From the NCBI GenBank assembly GCA_010909165.1, contig VJWM01000019.1, positions 1,116,001 to 1,180,000 on the forward strand: 64,000 nucleotides of DNA. Reading direction: 5' to 3'. Positions 60,144 through 64,000 of the stretch are shown piece after piece. The stretch comes from Anthoceros angustus. Taxonomy: Eukaryota; Plantae; Anthocerotophyta. The notes under the pieces were generated by a model. It ran no database searches and was not told the DNA's origin. It saw only the letters and a list, made by a program, of their open reading frames with translations. Positions within the stretch are counted from its first letter, which is position 1; every line of letters begins with the position of its first letter. A program made the position numbers and the translations under genes.

Positions 60144-62851
60144 CTAGTCGCGGAGAGTTCCCACTGGATCGCGGTCGTCCGGTCCTGAAAGCATTATCTG
60201 GCAGAACCAAGCACAATTACCAGATCAGTGGCAAGGGTATGATGTGGACTTGCCAAAGAGCACTGAACCTGCTCCGGACTTACATGAGAGTCGAACGCGA
60301 ACCTTCTGGCCAGCATGATGGCAGCATTTCGCTCTCTTTCTGACTCCATTGCGAGCATGAACGAAACACCTTTCTTTGCCACCCAATAGACAGCTTGTGC
60401 TGCTGCATCTCCACCTCCCCGTGCACCACAGAGCTACAATTGTTGCACAATTGTGTTAGGTCCTTTCAAAGCTACGGCATTCAGCATTGGTGCAGAAACA
60501 CGAAGCTGGTTGGTGAGAAAAGCGCCCAACAGACAGCAGGACACGAGCGCACCTGCATGGATGCAGTGTAGGGTTCTCTTGCCTTCGTTGTCCGTCCTCG
60601 AGTTAGCTTTATTCGACCCTTATTTATGCTAAATGCATGTGTGGATTGTTTCGCCACAGCTTCTCCATTCTGCTGGATTATAACTACCTGCATGCATGAA
60701 AGGCGTTGCACCATTCACATGACATCTCCGACACACACGATGCTACGTATCTAAAGCCAATTCCGCTCCGGTTCATATATTTGCACAATAACAAACCTCC
60801 AACCGCTTGCAACAAGGAAACCTACACTGAATGAAAAGCCACCCTTCTTGAAAAGAGCGTCCACATAGGTGACTAATCCTGGTGCTGCACAACGAAAGGA
60901 GAAATACTAGATCAGACATGTTGTTGCCAAAAACGAAAAGCACACAACCGCCATTCAGAGACTGCTGTAGACCCAAGCGTGCACATGCTCCGCCAATGAT
61001 TAAGACTGAACCATGTAGCCAGAGCCTGGCACACACTCACCATGATCTATGGGTCCTGAAGTTGTAATAGTCTCCTGTCTACCATCTGACTGGAAAATTT
61101 GCACTCGAAGATATCTTCCCACATCAAAAGGTTCGGGTGAATATTGTTTCCTAACCGCGCCTGAACAGAAACAAACATGGCAATCAGAACTGTCCGAACG
61201 TAATGGATAGTCTAGCAGCTCTGTGCTCATACCCATATCCGAGTAGTAGCTGTGGACCTGATATAAGTTCCGCCTTGTTCCCATCTGCAGATACTCGCCG
61301 CCACTGGAACCCGCAGCTTCCCAAATCCAGTGAACCCGGTCCAGTTCCAATCAGTTGAGACACTACCAGTGCAGAGCCTAAGCGTTCATCTCCCTCTAGC
61401 TGAAATTGTCTCTGGTTTTCACCATCTGACAATTTTGACGTTTCCAGCTGTACGAGAAGGCAGTTGAAGATTACCATCCACGTACAATACAGAAGTATGA
61501 ACAACCATCACTTAAGACCACAGTCCTCGTTGTATAGGCCGCTAAAGGGTGGGAGGCTTAACCTGCTTTCGAAGCAATACCACTTCCTTAGCCTTGTCTG
61601 CAAGTTGTGTTCTTAGGCCCACAAGTTCATGTTCCATCTCCATCACCTGAACCACAACCTCAATACAATAAATGCTCCCTCCCTCTGCAGGCAAACAAGT
61701 AAGGTAAAGGAACCTTTGCCCCACCTTGCTAGAGTCATGCAGCATTTTGATTATCCGGGCCTCTTCAACTTCCTTTTTCAAAGCCTCTAGTTCCTGCACG
61801 GGAAACAAATTCAGCACCCCCTTCCAATTGCACGAGAAACTCGATGTAAAAAGTCACAGAAAAGGAAGATACCAACCACAGCATCGATGCCGCTTGTATC
61901 CTCATTCAAAGTTGCTTCAGCCCTTTGCACAGCAGCTCGAGCAGTTTGTATTTCTGCCTCTACCAACGCTTCTGCCTCCGCCATAATCTTCTTAGCATCC
62001 TCTGAGGCCTTTCAAATGCAAGGCAACAGATCCACCAAGAAGATCATAGTTAGGTGAGACGAGACTGGATCAAGAGCACAACATAATGCCACTGAGAAAA
62101 CCCTCAAAGCGATGGGACAACAATCACCTGACGAAAACTTGCAGCGGTCTGTCTTAGGTCTGCCTGCTCTTGTACAATTTCATTTTCCCGTTGCGTAACT
62201 TGCACTGACAAGGCTTCCGCCTGGTTTCAGTGAGCCACAATAAGCATCTACTGCATAGACAACCCCAGCAGACCACTTGCAGGGTACAAGTAGGCACAAC
62301 AAATGCCGATGACCTGACCAGACTCACATGTCTCAACATACCAAAGCCAAGATCTCTTGCAAATCATCCTGATTTCGACCTGCACTTCGACCGTACAGAT
62401 CTTCCAACTTCTGACGCAGCTTCTTTAGAAGCGACTGTCGGTCCATCAAAACAGCATGCCTTATCATCGTCTGCAACGAGGAACGAGATACAACAATCAG
62501 CTTCCTACCACAACCAGCCATGCATTTTTCACCTAAGCACACGAACAAGCAAAAGTAACAGCCTCATAGCAGCCACCTTACATCATCCAGCACTCTCCTA
62601 GCTGTCACATTCGCAGCTGTCTGTCCCAACTCGAATTTGCTCGCAAGATCACGAACAGAAAGGCGCTTCTGCAGAGCCACGAGATTTGCTGCTTCTTGTG
62701 CAATAATCTCTCGTTTCGATGGCGGCGGAGTATTAACTGTGTCCTCATCTTCGTCGTCATAACTGCCATGGCCACTCACGGGAGAACGCGGGAACGCCCT
62801 TCCCTGAAACGTCACTTCCGCCCCGACTCCTGCAACCCGTTCCCTCTGCAT
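60144..62851 (-). CDS. SCAB: Stomatal closure-related actin-binding protein (SCAB family), multi-exon
   Basis: QKRLSVRDLASKFE, EEARIIKMLH..SKVMEMEHEL, YSPEPFDVGRYL, TTSGPID, KGRIKL, ERNAAIMLARRFAFD, MLSGPDD. Confidence 0.9.
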
Positions 62852-64000
62852 TGTGCCTTCGTTCAAGAGACAAACATATACAATACCGCTCTCGCTACCA
62901 CCACGACAAGGCGGCCGTCAGAAACCCGTCCCTCAACCTGCCATACTCCGCCTGCATCCCAGGACGTCCTTCACCACGCCCGAACGCAGCTTCCAGCTCA
63001 TCAACTCCACATAGCGCAGTGCCGTAACATCCCGCTCAAGCCTGCAACAAAGAATCGCCTTCCACTAAGCTCTGCAATCCAACCGATCCAATCCGATCCA
63101 TCCTCCGGATCCTCTCCCCCAGTCAACCTCAAAATCACAAAAAACAGCAGCTACAAACACGAATTCTGACCGGCAAACTCACACAGACACCGGGAATATT
63201 TCACGCTCCCATCCCGAGCAGAATTCACGGCCGAATTGACCAGATCCGAGGCACTAAGCTAGAGCAAGAGCAAATCACAGGGCAGGGCAGCAGGATCCGT
63301 ACAAGGACGCGCAATCGGAATCGGAGGCTCCGTTCACTAAGCAGCGCAGCGAGCCGCAGAATTGGCGCATGCACGAGGCGGCCGGGGAGGAGGCAGCGGA
63401 ATTAAGAGGTGAATCGCGCTGGAATGACAAGGCGACGGAGATGCGCCACGGTCGGCGGCAGTGTGGCTGTCGCCATGGCTGCATCAGACGTATCGCCCGA
63501 TGGGCGAGAGGGGCGCGCCTTGGCGCATGTGTCGTGAAGTCGACGATTCCCCCCACAGGCCAGGCTCCCGCAAGCGTCGGCCCGCCTCGCTAACTGGCGT
63601 TTGCCGGCGTCGCTGTGCCTTCTCATTGGCCCACTGCGCCCTGCCGATTTTCTCTCTGCTTTTGCGCTTTTACCAGCACATGGGCATGTGGCTAACGTCG
63701 TGCTGCCTGCCACAATGCCTTTCCACTAAACCGCTATCACATTTTTAAACTCTTTTTATTTAACGGCAACACGGCTAATTCTGGCACGTTCTTGGCGATC
63801 CCATGTCCTTTGTATCTGTTACTTTATATTTAATCATATTAAATACTCAATATATATGCTTATATTTTATTAATATTTTATGAAAAATATATAAATTTCA
63901 AATTTCAAAAAATAATTATATTATCTTATATATGATAAAATATAAAAATATATATAAAGTGATGATGAATGTGTGTAAAGATTCTTTCATACTATATTAG

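Overview
Gene-dense nuclear DNA of a land plant, most likely a non-seed plant: short 80-130 bp GT-AG introns, a nuclear ndhO and PLS-type PPR debris. Recognisable genes are a DUF688-type protein, ndhO, three AUX1/LAX auxin-influx carrier paralogues clustered around an intronless START-type PITP gene, tRNA-Val(AAC), a GT47 exostosin, a PHD/Tudor protein, the LSG1 GTPase, a HIRAN-SNF2-RING (RAD5/HLTF-like) helicase and a SCAB actin-binding protein. Accessory DNA lies between them. A family of three orphan ORFs with a shared motif (29.2-37.8 kb) is still open; two of the copies sit in a ~3 kb tandem mosaic cassette of decayed DUS, PHD-gene and unidentified fragments, with PPR debris at its right end. 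Other elements are a structured SINE-like family with (TTC)n tails and fold-back 5' ends, a Tad1-like RNase H LINE nested in a MITE next to an empty twin MITE, a CRE-like LINE remnant, LTR debris and several hairpin-forming tandem arrays. The best candidates for new biology are the orphan family with its cassette, the two divergent LAX paralogues and the fold-back SINE. All family assignments come from motif recall, not database searches.
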